In this document: piece after piece, positions 21,291 through 33,985 of the stretch
Numbering within the stretch: the first letter of the stretch is position 1
Layout: each line of letters begins with the position of its first letter
Source: Candidatus Latescibacterota bacterium
GTDB taxonomy: Bacteria > Latescibacterota > UBA2968 > SICM01
Assembly (NCBI GenBank): GCA_965217865.1
Contig: CBDCJO010000002.1
Coordinates: forward strand, 128,001-192,000
Length of the DNA: 64,000 nt
Direction: 5' to 3'
Made by a program: the position numbers and the translations under genes
Notes under the pieces: model-generated
The model's input: the letters and a program-made list of their open reading frames with translations, nothing else
The model's database searches: none
Told to the model about the DNA's origin: nothing

Positions 21291-22914
21291 TGGCAAGATC
21301 ATAGTCCTGGACAACCTATCCGAACAGACCATTGATCATGTGATTTTGGCGATGGAACATTTCGATCAGGTCATCGTGGTGCTTTCTACAGATAAGTTCT
21401 ATGCATACTACAAAGACGATGATAGGCTTGCGGAATTTAAAGTAATCGAAATTTTACCGCTCACACACAGTAGCCAAGAACAGCTAATCCGAAAGAGAAC
21501 CGAATTATCAGGCCAAGGTAAACCGGCATTAGACGGCCACATTGACCAAATAGAAAATCAAGTTAACGCGATCATCATCAACAATAGAATCCTTCCAAGA
21601 TACCCATTCTATGTTCTATCGATATTACAAACTTATGAAGGATTTATGCCCACCGATTTATCCATTACTTCATATGGCCATTGCTACTATGTCCTGATCA
21701 TTGCCCATCTTTTAAAGTCCGGCATTGCAAAATCTGAAGATGAGATAAACGCTTGTCTGAATTTTTCCGAAAACCTAGCGTTCACGATATACCACAGCGA
21801 TACTGCCCAGCATTGTCTCGACCAGGATTCGTTTGGCGAATTTGTTGAGGAATACAAGAGAAATTACGTCATTAAGGATTCAACGTTGAACAGGCTGTCT
21901 CATCAGAATTACGGAATTGTTGTAAGGAACGGTCAGTTCAGGACTCCCTACATGTACTACTACTTCCTAGGGAAATATTTGGCTAGGAACAGCGATAAAC
22001 ACGAGGACGTCATAGAAAGGATGTGCGACAGAAGTTACATTACAGCGAATTGTCTAACGCTGATATTCACGATTCATCACACAAGTGATTGTCGGATCAT
22101 CGACGACATTGTGCTTCGTACTATGTGTGCCTTAGGTGACGTGAAACCATCAGTGCTGGACCGCAAGGAGTCCCAGATATTCGGGGATATTGTAGCGGCC
22201 ATACCGCCAGAAATACTCTCCGGCGATACTGTCGAAGCCGAAAGGGAAAAGGTGAGGAAAGGAAGGGATCACCGCGAGCATGAGGGTTGCAATGAGTTGG
22301 ATGAAAACGACGATGAATCGGTTCATGTTGTGAATGATGCCTACAGAATTATGAAGAATAGTGAGATCTTAGGACAAATTTTGAGAAACAAGTATGGAAG
22401 TTTAGAACGTGAGAAGATCGTAGAAATTATTGAGACTATTGCAGACGGAAGGTTGCGGCTAGTTCGGTTGATTTTGGGAAGTCAGAAAGAAATGAATGAT
22501 TTTGCGACCTTCATCCACAAAAGGAGTCCGAAGTTTAGTCTTGATGAGATAAAACAGGCTCTTCGGTTCCTGTCTTTTTCTTGGACGATTTACAATGTTA
22601 AGAGAACTGTTGGCGAATTGAATAAACCTGAGATTCGGTCGCTTGTTGAAGACGTCGTAACGCAGAGGAACACGCCGGCCTACGACTTGATTGGATACTT
22701 TTTCAGGTTGGATACTATTGAGGAGTTTTCAAAGAACGAACAGAAACAGCTCAAAGATCTGTTGAACAGACATCGTTATGATTTTTTTAGGAAAATGGTC
22801 TCGATCAGGACGCAACACTACCTAAATACTCATAAAGTTGACACCCCGGTGGAACAGGCAGTTTGTTCATCGTTGGGAATTAAGTATAAGGCAAGACCGA
22901 AAAGGCTGAGCTAG
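21290..22914 (+). pseudogene. C-terminal portion of a large, probably STAND/NTPase-associated, defence-type protein; 5'-truncated
   Basis: Long low-GC ORF with FRTPYMYYYFLGKYL (wHTH-like motif after an NTPase); no Walker A remains. Confidence 0.5.
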
Positions 22915-23029
22915 ACCTTATGTATTGACGAGTATATGAAAGACCTCCTCCGATCTCGGTGATCGGGGGTTATCTTTGGGAAAACGGAAGTTCATCCAAA
23001 GACCTATCCCCAGCGAGAAGGAGAAGGCC

Positions 23030-23100
23030 ATGCGTAAATCTACGAAAGTTGTGGCGTTGGACATACACAAAGATTCGATCACCGTTGCGCTTGCCGGTCT
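23030..23100 (+). pseudogene. IS110-family transposase 5' stub
   Basis: MRKSTKVVALDIHKDSITVA after RBS AAGGAG. Confidence 0.6.
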
Positions 23101-23239
23101 GAACTGATTTCGGCAAGGGTAGAATCAGCTGCGCACCTCTTGGCGGCACACGGATACACTGTTTTGCTGCCAAACTTCAGAGGCAGTAGTGGCTATGGAG
23201 CCGAATTCTTGGAGCAGCTCCAGAACTATAAGATGATGT

Positions 23240-24453
23240 CAATCCCCTCCCTCCGCACCCAACTCAGGCGACTCATCAGCAACGAACCACGCCTGGCGGA
23301 ACGACTGGAAGTCCATTCGATCAACGCTGCCGGAGAGCACCTCTACAAGTCCCACTTCGGGCAGATCAATCTGGCGCCGCCAGAGTTTGTCCAAGAGTTG
23401 TTACGGGCCGCCAGCGAACGCGGAGAGAACCACAAGTTCAGTGGGCGATTCTTGCTGACCGAGTGGGAGCAGGTCGTTGATGCGTGGCAGTTGGACACCT
23501 GGGAGGCATATCGAGATGTCGTGCGCCTCGGCAGAAAAACGCGGCTCCCAGAGGCCCGGCGGGCAATCCTCTGGTCGATGTTCGAGCAGGTCCGCGCGGG
23601 CCTCGCCTCGCGGAACATGATCACGCGCTCCGAGATGTTCACGAAGTTGGCGAAAGCCGTTACAGAAAGTAGGAACCCGCCGTTTGACTTCACCGTGGTC
23701 GATGAGGCGCAAGATTTCGGCGTGTCCCACCTCCGGTTCTTTGCGGGGCTCTGCCGGCAACAGCCTGACGCGCTCTTCTTCGCTGGCGATCTCGGCCAGC
23801 GCATCTTCCAGCAGCCGTTCTCGTGGCTGGCCTTAGGCGTGGATATTCGAGGACGGTCGAAGACGCTACGGGTCAATTACCGCACTTCACATCAGATCCG
23901 GATGCAGGCGGACCGACTGCTCGGTCCCGAGGTGTCCGATGCCGATGGCAACAGGGAGGAGCGGCGCCATACCGTCTCCGTCTTCAATGGGCCGGTGCCG
24001 GAGATTCGAGTGCTGAGCAGCCAGGAAGAAGAAGTTGAACAAATTGGCCAGTGGTTGTCAGGACGTGAGAAAGACGGTGTAGCGCCCCACGAGTTTGGTG
24101 TCTTTGTGCGATCCGCCGCAGAACTGGACCGCGCGCGGTCGGCTGTGCAGCTCTCTGGACTCCCATTCAGTGTTCTAGATGAAAACGTCGCGACCACCAG
24201 CGGTCACGTCTCGATCAGCACCATGCATCTTGCCAAGGGGCTGGAATTCCGGGCCGTCGTTGTGATGGCCTGCGATGATGAAATCATCCCGTTGCAGGAG
24301 CGCATCGAAACTGTGGGCGACGACGCCGATCTGCAAGAGGTGTACGACACCGAGCGTCACTTGCTGTACGTCGCGTGCACACGAGCGAGAGATCATCTGC
24401 TTGTCACGAGCGTTGCCCCAGCATCGGAGTTTCTTGATGATCTGCGGGGGTGA
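23240..24453 (+). pseudogene. UvrD-like SF1 helicase, C-terminal two-thirds
   Basis: VVDEAQD, AGDLGQRI, LRVNYRT, TMHLAKGLEF, LLYVACTRARD; Walker A is absent and the 5' end is an S9-peptidase fragment. Confidence 0.8.
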
Positions 24454-24925
24454 ACCGTCGCGCTGCCGATGAAACCAATCCGGTGAAGCAGGTACTGGGT
24501 GGCCTCCTGTTCGGATACGTTAGGACCACGGATCAGTGGTGAGAGAGGCGTGGTTGCAAGCTGGGTTGGCGAAATTACCGAACTCCTTATTGTGGACGCG
24601 GTCAAGAGCCATTGTCTTTGAATGTTCCACCATCGGCAACCGGACGCATACCATGTCCGCATTTGTCCCGGCATCCGTCGAGCAAGCCGGGAAGCCGGGA
24701 AACTGTCTCACTATTATAGACACGGAGGGGAAGGTCGACTTTGAAAGTCACTAAAAAGACGTTGTGCGCCATGCCAGCCTTATCCACCGGAAAAGGATAG
24801 GCTAGTCCCTATACAAGCGTGAATTTTTCTTGGTTTTAGTAGAAAAAAGTTGAAATGCCCCAGTTTTCAGGCCTATAGTTGTAGTGTGAAAGACAAAAAG
24901 AGGCCATCAAAAAGGGGCATTTCAG

Positions 24926-26428
24926 ATGAGAGAATACAGGAAGATTCTTCGGAACAGGGAAGCACGAATTGTCCGTCGTTTGCGTCGGAAGCAGTGGTGC
25001 AGTCAGGTCAAGCCTATGATGTCTGGGGGAAACATCCACTACGAGATAAGTGGGAAGGCCGAGGCGATCACGTGTGGGGAGATCGGCGCGTTTCACCACC
25101 TGGTCCGCAGGGTTGGGCTGGTGAAAGAGATTGACCGTCATCTTCATCTTTTGAAAGTGCATTTGCCCTGTCACGAATCAGACCACGTTCTGAACATCGC
25201 CTGCAATGCGCTGGTTGGTGGTCAACGCCTTGAAGACATTGAGCTGCGCCGGCAGGATGCCACGTTCCTGAACGCTTTGGGCGCTCAGCGTCTCCCGGAT
25301 CCGACCACAGCAGGCGACTTTACACGTCGTTTCCGGCCATCGGATATCGAGACGTTGATGGATTGCATCAACCGGGTGCGCACCCGGATCTGGAAAAAGC
25401 GCGCCAGGGGCGAACTCAAAGAAGCCCTCATCGACATCGACGGCACCCTGGCCACCACCCTCGGAGAACGCAAGCAGGGCATGGCCCTGTCATACAACGG
25501 TATCTGGGGATACCATCCTCTCGTGGTCTCTCTGGCGAACACCAGGGAGGTGTTGTTTCTTGTGAATCGACCCGGCAATGTGCCCAGCCACGACGGTGCC
25601 GTAAAGTGGATCGATCGCGCCATCGCGCTGGTCGCCCCTTTCGCCAAACGCATCTGCCTGCGCGCAGACACCGGCTTCTCACTCACCCGGCACTTCGATC
25701 GTTGGTCGGAAAAGGTCGACTTCGTCTTCGGCATGGATGCTTACAGAGGATTGGTCAAGATCGCCAAATCCCTGTCACAGAGCGATTGGGAGCCCTTTGA
25801 ACGACAACCCAAATACCAGGTCAAGACCTCCCAGAGACAGAAACGCGAGAACGTGAAAGCCCGGATCATCCGGGAGCGCGGCTTCAAAAACATCCGACTT
25901 GCCAGTGAACGTGTTGCCGGGGTTTCGTATCGTCCTGCTCGATGCAGGAAGACCTGTCGACTCGTGATCCTCGAAAAGAACCTGAGCGTCGAACGCGGCG
26001 AAAACGCCCTGTTCGATGACAAGCGCTATTTCTTCTACATTACCACCCGCAAAGATCTTACGGCCGCGGAAATCGTGAGGCTGGCCAATGGACGGTGCGA
26101 TCAGGAAAACGTGATTGAACAACTCAAGAACGGGGTCAACGCCATGCGGATGCCCGTCGACAACCTGATGAGCAACTGGGCTTACATGATCATGACCGCC
26201 CTGGCGTGGAACCTCAAAGCCTGGTTCGCGTTGATGATCCGAAAGCGTGAGCGTCGCGATCAACTTCTGAGAATGGAGTTTCGCGCCTTCCTCCAGAATC
26301 TGATCTGGATCCCTTGCCAGATCGTGACCCGGGGAAGACAGATCATCTATCGTGTCTTGGGCTACAACCGGTGGATGACTGACTTCTTCCCGGTCTGGAA
26401 CAGAATCAGATGGCTCAAACCGGCCTGA
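24926..26428 (+). mobile_element. IS1380-family transposase (left end about 24807, right end not recognised)
   Basis: HESDHVLNI, RLPDPTTAGDF, IDIDGT, LRADTGF, RCDQENVIEQLKNG. Confidence 0.9.
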
Positions 26429-26572
26429 CTGCCATGTCAGCACCTGTCGTCGTAACATCACAGGGACAAGTCCGTCCACCCCGGCTAAAACACGTCCGCA
26501 AACTCAGTTAATTAGACAATCGCATGCCGAAACAATCACAAAAACAGCCCAGACATCTGATGCCGAGTGAAC

Positions 26573-26656
26573 GAAAGGTGACGGTCACCGTGCCGTCCGT
26601 CGTAGCCGATCCGCTCGATGAGCAGTCGGAGGCTCCGCTCCTGCTCACGCGGGGCC
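26573..26656 (-). pseudogene. Remnant of a second large serine recombinase C-terminus
   Basis: Reverse complement closely matches 7830-7920 (APREQ..LRLLIER.GYDG..GTVTVTF). Confidence 0.75.
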
Positions 26657-26685
26657 GGTGCCGCCCGGCAGGGACAAGCGGAACA

Positions 26686-28190
26686 TGTCAACAATTTTGA
26701 GACACTGAAAGTTGGAATTCAGTGAAGTCTCCGGCCGTCTCCATAAGAGGTGTCATCGGCACCGTGGACCCCCGTGCAGGTATCGGGACCGAGTTCGATT
26801 TGGTATCACCTGGCGTAATAACGATTGGATCCTGCTGGGACTTATCCGAGATCCGGGGTGGATTGATCCAGACCTCGGAAGGCAGGTCGGTTGGGCAGCG
26901 GGGGACCCTGCACAAAACGTTCGGGGTGGGCGATATAGGCACGCCACAGGGTCTGTTCACGGGCGGCAAGGATTTCCTTGGCGTAGCCATAGTGCACAGA
27001 TTCCGGGGTCAGCAAACCCAGGCCTGAGTGGCGATGCCCTGTGTTGTAACAGGTGAAGAACTCATGGCAAAATGAACGGGCGTGTGCAAGCCCCCCGAAG
27101 CGTTCCGGGAAGTCCGGGCGATACTTCAAGGTCTTGAACTGCGCCTCGGAGTAGGGGTTGTCGTTCGACACGTGCGGTCGTGAGTGCGATTTGGTCAGCC
27201 CCAGATCGGCCAGCAGGAGTGCCACGGGTTTGCTGGTCATCGAAGCGCCTCGGTCAGTGTGTAGGGTCAATTGCCTTGGCACAACGCCTTGCTTTTTACA
27301 ACTCTCCTCGATGAGGCGCCTGGCCAGCGCCTCTTTTTCCAGGCGCGCGACCATCCAGCCGACGACGTAGCGGCTGTAGATGTCCAGGAGCACGTAGAGA
27401 TAGTAGAATGTCCACTTGACAGGCCCCAGCAGCTTCGTGATATCCCAGTACCACACTTGGTTGGGTGCCGTTGCCACCAGGCGAGGTACTGGATGGTTCG
27501 GATGTCTCAGCTGGTTGCGGCGTTCCCGGACTTCCTCGTGTGCCTTCAGGATGCGATACATCGTGCTGAGTGAGCAGAAATACAGACCTTCATCCAGCAA
27601 CTCGGCCCAGACCTGAGGAGGGGCTTTATCCATAAGCCGTTTGCAGTGCAACAGATCCATGACGACCTGCTGTTCGGGAGGGGCCAGGGCCCGATGTGAC
27701 CTGCGCTTTACCCGTGTGGTGGGGGCCTGCCGCCAACGATACAGGCTTGTCCGAGACACCGACAGCGTATCACAGGCAGGCGCCACCCAACTTTTCGGAG
27801 AGATCCTCTGCGGCCTGTATCAACCTCTGTCGTCTTGGTCGAGCTGGCTCAGGGGGATCCCCAGGAGCTCGGAGACTTTTTTTTGGATCTCCAGCATCGC
27901 CTCCGCACGCTGTAAGCGCCGCTTCAGGCGGGCGTCTTCCCGCTCCAGTTCTTTAACCCTGGGATCTTCCGGCTTTGCCTTGGGACCTCGCTTCTTTTTG
28001 GCAAGGCCTTCGAAGGTCAGGTTTGAGGAATACAGGCCTTCCCGTCTGAGAATAGCCCCAACCTCGCCGGAGGCCTTGCACTGATCGACTTCTTGGAGAA
28101 TGTGCAGCTTGTATTCTGTCGTGAAGCGGCGGCGCTTCGCCTTCTCCGAAACAGCCGGGTCCGGCACCGAACCGTCGGCGCCTGTGGCAG
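26686..28190 (-). mobile_element. IS3-family element (orfA about 27820-28170, orfB 26842-27786), degenerate
   Basis: KRRRFTTEYK orfA; WYWDITKL, LDIYSRYVVGW, HTDRG, DNPYSEAQFKTLKY; terminus TGTCAACAATTTTGAGACA at 26686. Confidence 0.9.
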
Positions 28191-28334
28191 GATCTCCAGT
28201 CGCCCTACGGGCTCCTTCCGCACCGAGGAGGACCTGCCGCCCCTGCCTGGTGGAAAGCATGGAGGCCGGGAACGGCTTGGGTCGGGTCGTGCAACGGATC
28301 ATCCTACCGATTCACGGGGAAAGGAGAGCGAATC

Positions 28335-28705
28335 ATGTTTCAGAAGCTTGCGGTGTTGTTGGTTTATATGGTCTTGTCCGCATTATCCGGCCAGGCGTTG
28401 GCTCAGGACGGTTTGTACATGGGGATGGACCTGGGAGTCGCAATAGCTCCAGGCATGAGTGTGAGCGGTACGGATAATGACTGGAGCACCAAATGCGACA
28501 AAATCATCAACCCGACTCAGGCGGAAACCGGTGATGGCTGTTTTTTCCCGCCACCTCCATCGGCATGGGTGGATCAGGTGGGCGAAGGCAGTGGGGTTCT
28601 GACGGGACTCGCCCGCGGATATCGCCGGGGGAACTTGAGAGTCGAGGGGGAGTATTTCCTTCGAACCACGACCTATGATGATCGCTCCAGGACGCGTATC
28701 GGCGT
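28335..28705 (+). pseudogene. Outer-membrane beta-barrel paralog, 3'-truncated
   Basis: Signal peptide + DGLYMGMDLG...RVEGEYF, paralogous to 29216-30178. Confidence 0.75.
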
Positions 28706-29215
28706 TATAGTATTTTACCCATTGTCATCATCACATGCAAGAGCCCGCCTGGTCGGGTCACCTGCTGAATACAAGAGCCATTTCCTACAGGGTATGGGGT
28801 AGCTGGGTGAACAGGCAGGACTTTCCCGCATCTCTCTTGCGTGATGGTGACGTGGCCCGGCATCCCCACCCAAAGGGTGTCAAAGGAAGTCACGTCGCGC
28901 CCACGGGGAGGGATGCCAATATGCAATCCTGGGGGTTAGCCTTAATCCGGCAAAAAAGCACCACAGATAATACCACATTATCACAGATCGGAGGACATAA
29001 ATACCCATGAATTGTAGGTAGAGACGAATCTGTTCAAGAGCGAAGACCCGAATGAAGGCCTATTTTTCACCTCATAGAATGTGGACTGGAGATTCCGCGG
29101 TCATATGTCCACTGAGCCCTGGAAAACACGTGTCATAAAGTGCCTAGACTTAGCCTGGGAATGCCGGATTGAGGTTAGCCCCTGTCTTCTAAACCAGCAA
29201 CCAGGAGGTGACATC

Positions 29216-30178
29216 ATGAAAAAAAACTTACTCGTGCTGATGGTGCTAGCGTTGGTGGTCTCCTCCGGCCCGGTATGGGCCAAGGACGGATTTTACATGG
29301 GAATGGACTTGGGCATTGCGGTGGCTCCGGGCATGGACATGGAGAGCTGGGATAATGATGTTCCAACTCAATGCGACGGGTTCATTAATAATGACGGGTC
29401 AGGGAATTATCTGGTGCCGCCGAGGAGAGATTGTACCCAGTCTAGTAGAGACGATTTCTCCTGGATTCAGCAGTTTGATGGAGGCACTGGCCTCTTGGCA
29501 GGGGTGGCCCTGGGGTATCGCCTGGGGAGTTTCAGGGTCGAGGGGGAATATTTCTATCGCGGCACGACCTATGATGACACGATCGATAACGTCCAGCTAC
29601 TACCGTCGGGGGAGCCGTTCCAGGGTGGTAAAGAAGGCGAACTCAGCTATACAGAAGCCGGGGTCGATGACGTGCTGTCGCACAACTTCTTCGCCAACCT
29701 GTACTACGACTACCGCTCGGACTCGAAGTTTATACCGTACGTGGGGTTTGGAGTCGGGGTTGGGCAGGTTTCCTTGGACTTCTTTAACCGATGGACGAGG
29801 AACTATGATGACCGCGACATCCCGACATTCACAAATGACAAGGATATTGAAGGTATTTCGGAGGCAGAACTTGAAGACCGCGAGCTTCTGAACCAGCGGG
29901 TCGCCGGGACGACTACCATCGGCAGGGCCAAGCTCTCGGATACGCTGTTCGGGTATCAGGCGATCGCCGGGGTGGATTATCGGGTCAGTGAGCCGGTCAC
30001 CATCGGGCTCAAGTTCCAGTGGGCGGATTTCGGTGAATTCGAGGATGGGGAAGAGTGGGATCAGCTCCGCAGTCATGAGTCCACTGTTAGACCGGGCGGT
30101 GCGCGGGTGCGATACACAGCGATGACGGAGGACATTCAATTCTGGGGCGTCAGCCTCAACATGAAGTATCAGTTCTGA
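29216..30178 (+). CDS. Outer-membrane beta-barrel protein (opacity/OmpA-like family)
   Basis: RBS GGAGGTG, signal peptide, FRVEGEYFY, FIPYVGFGVG, GYQAIAGVDY, terminal YQF. Confidence 0.85.
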   Translation: MKKNLLVLMVLALVVSSGPVWAKDGFYMGMDLGIAVAPGMDMESWDNDVPTQCDGFINNDGSGNYLVPPRRDCTQSSRDDFSWIQQFDGGTGLLAGVALGYRLGSFRVEGEYFYRGTTYDDTIDNVQLLPSGEPFQGGKEGELSYTEAGVDDVLSHNFFANLYYDYRSDSKFIPYVGFGVGVGQVSLDFFNRWTRNYDDRDIPTFTNDKDIEGISEAELEDRELLNQRVAGTTTIGRAKLSDTLFGYQAIAGVDYRVSEPVTIGLKFQWADFGEFEDGEEWDQLRSHESTVRPGGARVRYTAMTEDIQFWGVSLNMKYQF

Positions 30179-30207
30179 CCGGTAACTATGGAAAGGGTAT
30201 TCCCAGT

Positions 30208-30486
30208 ATGAGACACGTGTTGAGAGATGCCACAGGTGGATTTAAGTGCTTTCGCCGAGAGGCCTTGGTGGCTATTGATCTTGAAAGTCTTCATGCATCT
30301 GGCTATGCATTTCAGATTGAAGTTACAATGCGAATATGGAAGAAGGGATTCAGGATAAAAGAAATTCCTATCATATTTTATGATCGCACAGCAGGTGATT
30401 CAAAGATGTCAAAAAGAATCATGGGTGAAGCCATTTGGACAGTATGGTTGTTGCGCATCAAATCGATCTTTGGATTGTTGACTTAA
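30208..30486 (+). pseudogene. Polyprenol-phosphate mannosyltransferase (GT2) C-terminal fragment
   Basis: DATGGFKCFRREAL...GYAFQIE...EIPIIFYDR..G.SKMS. Confidence 0.8.
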
Positions 30487-30524
30487 CAATGACATGCTCA
30501 ACCGGCCTCTAAAAATTGGTATGT

Positions 30525-30615
30525 CAATACAGAGGAATCCCTCGACATCAGTTCCATTTATCCCTGAAGGAAATAGAGTTCAGATTTAACCACGAAGACG
30601 AGGATCTCTTACCAA
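30525..30615 (+). mobile_element. IS1595 internal remnant
   Basis: Diverged copy of 32383-32473. Confidence 0.75.
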
Positions 30616-30811
30616 CGTAAAGGACGAACTGTCTTTGAGGCCCATGGAAGACGATCAATGAGGATCCCTCTGCTGCCTCTTTGACGAGATCTATCCATTC
30701 TCCCGTATTGTGGTCTGTAATCGCAATGCCACAGCCTGGATTAAGATATGATCAGAAAAAATTGGCGATTGATTGGCTTAATAATTCTATTGATGGTTGT
30801 GCTTGCCATTC

Positions 30812-32670
30812 TTATACCACTTTGGACTGTCGGAAAGGTGATGCCTTTTTTCCACCAGATGATGGGCGTATTCCGGGTTTTGCTCCACTGGATAACCTGT
30901 TATCTTTAATTTGAGGTCGATTTTTGGGAACTACACACCCATCAGAATAAATCATAATTTCATGCCCAACAGAATGAGAATGAGCAAAATAGTTTATGCG
31001 AAATGTAGTTCTTACTTGATCTTTATATAGTTTAAGTATTTCTTGAGAGTTGTTATAAGAAATAATCCATTTGTAACCTAGCTGTCCTTTGATGAATTCC
31101 GCCAGCCTTGAATGGTCTTCCTTTTTATAGAAGTTAAGATATAGCGGGCTGCCTCTTCTGTAGTAAGGTGGGTCAAGGTAAACAAGAATCTTTGGATAGG
31201 ATTTGGCAAGTCGGCTTACCTTTTGCGTTAGAAATTCAATGGCGTCATTATTGTGAATTGATATTCTTGATTTATACAATGCGATTTTTTCTATTCTTTC
31301 AATGAGATCTATCTTATTGAATCTTGCTCCTAATTTCCATTCGCCAGATTGATTTTGACCCCCGATTGGTCCCGAATACAAAATACTTGATCGATTACAT
31401 CTATTTAAGAAAAAGGTGGCAAATCCAACTTGTAGTGAAGAAAATGATGATCTGTGAAAGAAAATATATTTTTGCTTACGCCATTCATCAATTGTAACAG
31501 GAGTATCATAGATCAATCTAACAAAATTATCTGTATTGCGAAGAATTGACTTCCAAAAGAGATAAATCGACCTATCAGCATCGTTAAGAATTATCTTTTC
31601 GACGTGTTCCGAATATAATAAATTAAGGTGATTGAGTAGATATTGGCACCAGCGTATATTAATAATATGCTGGTAATTAATCCACTTAAGTTAGCAAATG
31701 ACTGCAAGATAAGTAGGGCCTATTTTCGTGCAGCCCGTTGGGGTGGAAAAAGGCGATGTCCAAGCTGCGATTATCAGCGCAGGTTGCCCTTATTAAAAGA
31801 CGATCGGTTCAGGTGTTCACGGTGTGGATATCGGTTTAAAGATTTCACGGGCACTTATCTTGAAAGGCTTCGAATTTCATTTGACGAGCTTGCCCATTTA
31901 CTTTATCTGTTTGTATTGGGAGTGCCCTCTTACCGATCCAGGCACTACCTGTCCGTATCGCTGAAAACGGCTCAGCGGATTTATACCACGTTTCGCCAGG
32001 CCATCTACGATCATAGCTTTACGGACCAGGTGCTTTGGGGTGAGATCGAGTTGGACGAGGCGATGTATGGAGGTCATCATAAGGGTAAGCGTGGATGGGG
32101 AGCAGCCGGAAAACACTTGGTTTTCGGGCTTTATCAGAGGAACGGAAAAGTCCTCACCTTTCCCATTCCGGATCGAAGTCGAAACACCCTTACACCGCTT
32201 GTGACCTCACACACCAAAGCAGGCAGTCTATACTACACCGATGACTGGCACGCCTACACTTGGCTGTCAGTCAAAGGTGACCACGTGGTTGTTCGAAAAG
32301 AAGAAGGGGTGCCCAAAGGCAAAGGCCGACATCACATCAATGGCATCGAAGGCTTCTGGAGTTTTTCTAAAAATTGGCTATATCAATACAGAGGAATCCC
32401 TCGACATCATTTCCATTTATACCTGAAGGAAACAGAGTTCAGATTCAACCAGGAAAACGAGGATCTCTTCCCAATTATTGCTTCATATCTGGTGAATCTG
32501 GTACCAATATCTTCCTAATTACCTAAATTAATTGCAGCACCGGCACCCCCGCAAAATGGTTCAATATACGTGCCATCAAGAAGACCATTGACTTCGATCA
32601 ATTTGGCTAGGAAGTTAGATAGAACTGATTTCCCACCAGGGTATCGTAGCGGAGTATTGGATTTACCCAT
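30812..32670 (-). pseudogene. D12-class DNA adenine methyltransferase interrupted by IS1595
   Basis: 5' part MGKSNTPLRYPGGK...YIEPFCGGAG (32670-32524); 3' part with FFLNR and YLDPPYY. Confidence 0.9.
31627..32523 (+). mobile_element. Complete IS1595-family element with transposase (31643-32518)
   Basis: IRs GGTGATTGAGTAGATATTGGCACCAG / GGTAATTAGGAAGATATTGGTACCAG; 8-bp TSD TAAATTAA (31619-31626, 32524-32531); CPSC zinc finger, ELDE, YTDDW, INGIEGFW. Confidence 0.95.
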
Positions 32671-32680
32671 AACAATTTGG

Positions 32681-33490
32681 TCAATTAACCTCTGGTTCGA
32701 TTAAAATGATCTCAAAAAGGGGCGCCAACTGCCCCCAGAATCTTCGTAGCGACTCTTCTGTCGGCATAAAGTGTTCATTATGTGCGAATAAATTAAGGGT
32801 ATCTAATGAGAATAATTTTTCATTTTCTTTTAATAGTTTGTTTAGAGCTTGAATCACTTTTGGATTACCAATAATAGAGTTTTCAGAATTTACAACATAT
32901 GAAAGCATTTGTTTATGAGTAGGATTGAAGGTCTTGGGAAAGGTTTGTCCCTTTTTTTCAGCCTTCTTTTTTGCTGCTTCAATCATCTTATCCAGATGTC
33001 CTGTACGATTGAGGTAATAGCTCAGCGACATTTCAAGAAGCCCCCTGAGCAATATCGCGGTCGCATTGGGATATTGCGCCACAGGAAGTTTCTTCAATTC
33101 ATCAAAAATGTAATTAATCCTCTGATTACTTAAATCGCAAGAAAAATCAGATGGCACAATACCACGAGGTTTCGTTTTTCGCCTCGGCTTTCTTTGTGGT
33201 TCTCTTGTGGCTATTTCTTGGGATTTGTAAGCAGTTGATGTCATTAGAGTGGCTGGTGTAAAATGGCCCTTCTTTTTAAGATTGGGTTTTTCATTTACTT
33301 TGAACTTTTTTAAATAATTTGGAATGTCTTGTCTTTTGTATATATCTCTTGATTTTATTGTCCCGGTTGCTATGTCAACAACAATCTTTTTGAATCCTTT
33401 CTTAAATTCTTTAACATCAACTTTACCAACAAAGCCATCGCCGTTATCAAAAGTGATACCTAAGAACTCTCTAACAAGTGGGCTGGCCCT
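32681..33490 (-). pseudogene. 5'-truncated protein with a C-terminal HEPN-like helical domain, co-oriented just upstream of the methylase
   Basis: PNATAILLRGLLEMSL...LNLFAHN; low GC; stop 11 bp before the methylase ATG. Confidence 0.55.
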
Positions 33491-33762
33491 CGACGCTAGA
33501 CTGAGGAAGCTCCGCGACGAACCCAGGACAGGCGGTAACCGAGGGGAAACGGTGTCGAGTTTCGTCTCTTTTTGGGTGGGACCCATATCGTCCCGATCAC
33601 CTGAGGAGAGCGATTGTCCGCAGGCATCGGGCAGTGTCCTGAAACTTGGCCAGGATGCACCGGCAAACTGAAGTGATAGAGGCTGCGAGTGGGATATCCC
33701 TTGTTCCACGCGCCGCCGATGTCGATCGTCGGCCACGGTCCATCGACTTCAGCCGCCACTGC

Positions 33763-33985
33763 CGTCTCCGAGTCATTCTTCAAAACCTTGAAGACCGAAT
33801 GGCTGTATCACGTCGACTTGATCGACCTCGATCATGCAGAGCGCGAACTCTTCGAGTACATCGAAATGTTTTACAACAATCAGCGGCTGCACGCTTACCT
33901 GGACTATGTGTCCCCGGCCCTTTTTGAACGCCTATCGCTGCAGAAAGCGGCTTAAACCACTGTCCACTTTCCCCGGGGCATATCA
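33763..33985 (+). mobile_element. IS3-family right-end remnant (same element as 57112-57420)
   Basis: ESFFKTLKTE...YNNQRLH; end ...TTTCCCCGGGGCATATCA; near-identical inverted copy at 57112. Confidence 0.9.

Noticed and set aside
20916-22914. Complete MADS or DUF499 defence system
   Set aside because: Only the HTH is intact; DUF499 is a 45-aa stub joined to an unrelated low-GC fragment
23140-24453. Apparent S9 peptidase-UvrD fusion protein
   Set aside because: The peptidase part is about 30 aa with no catalytic residues and the helicase lacks Walker A; a deletion chimera
32681-33736. 351-aa ORF as a full-length gene
   Set aside because: The first 80 or so residues come from high-GC unrelated scraps; composition shifts near 33490
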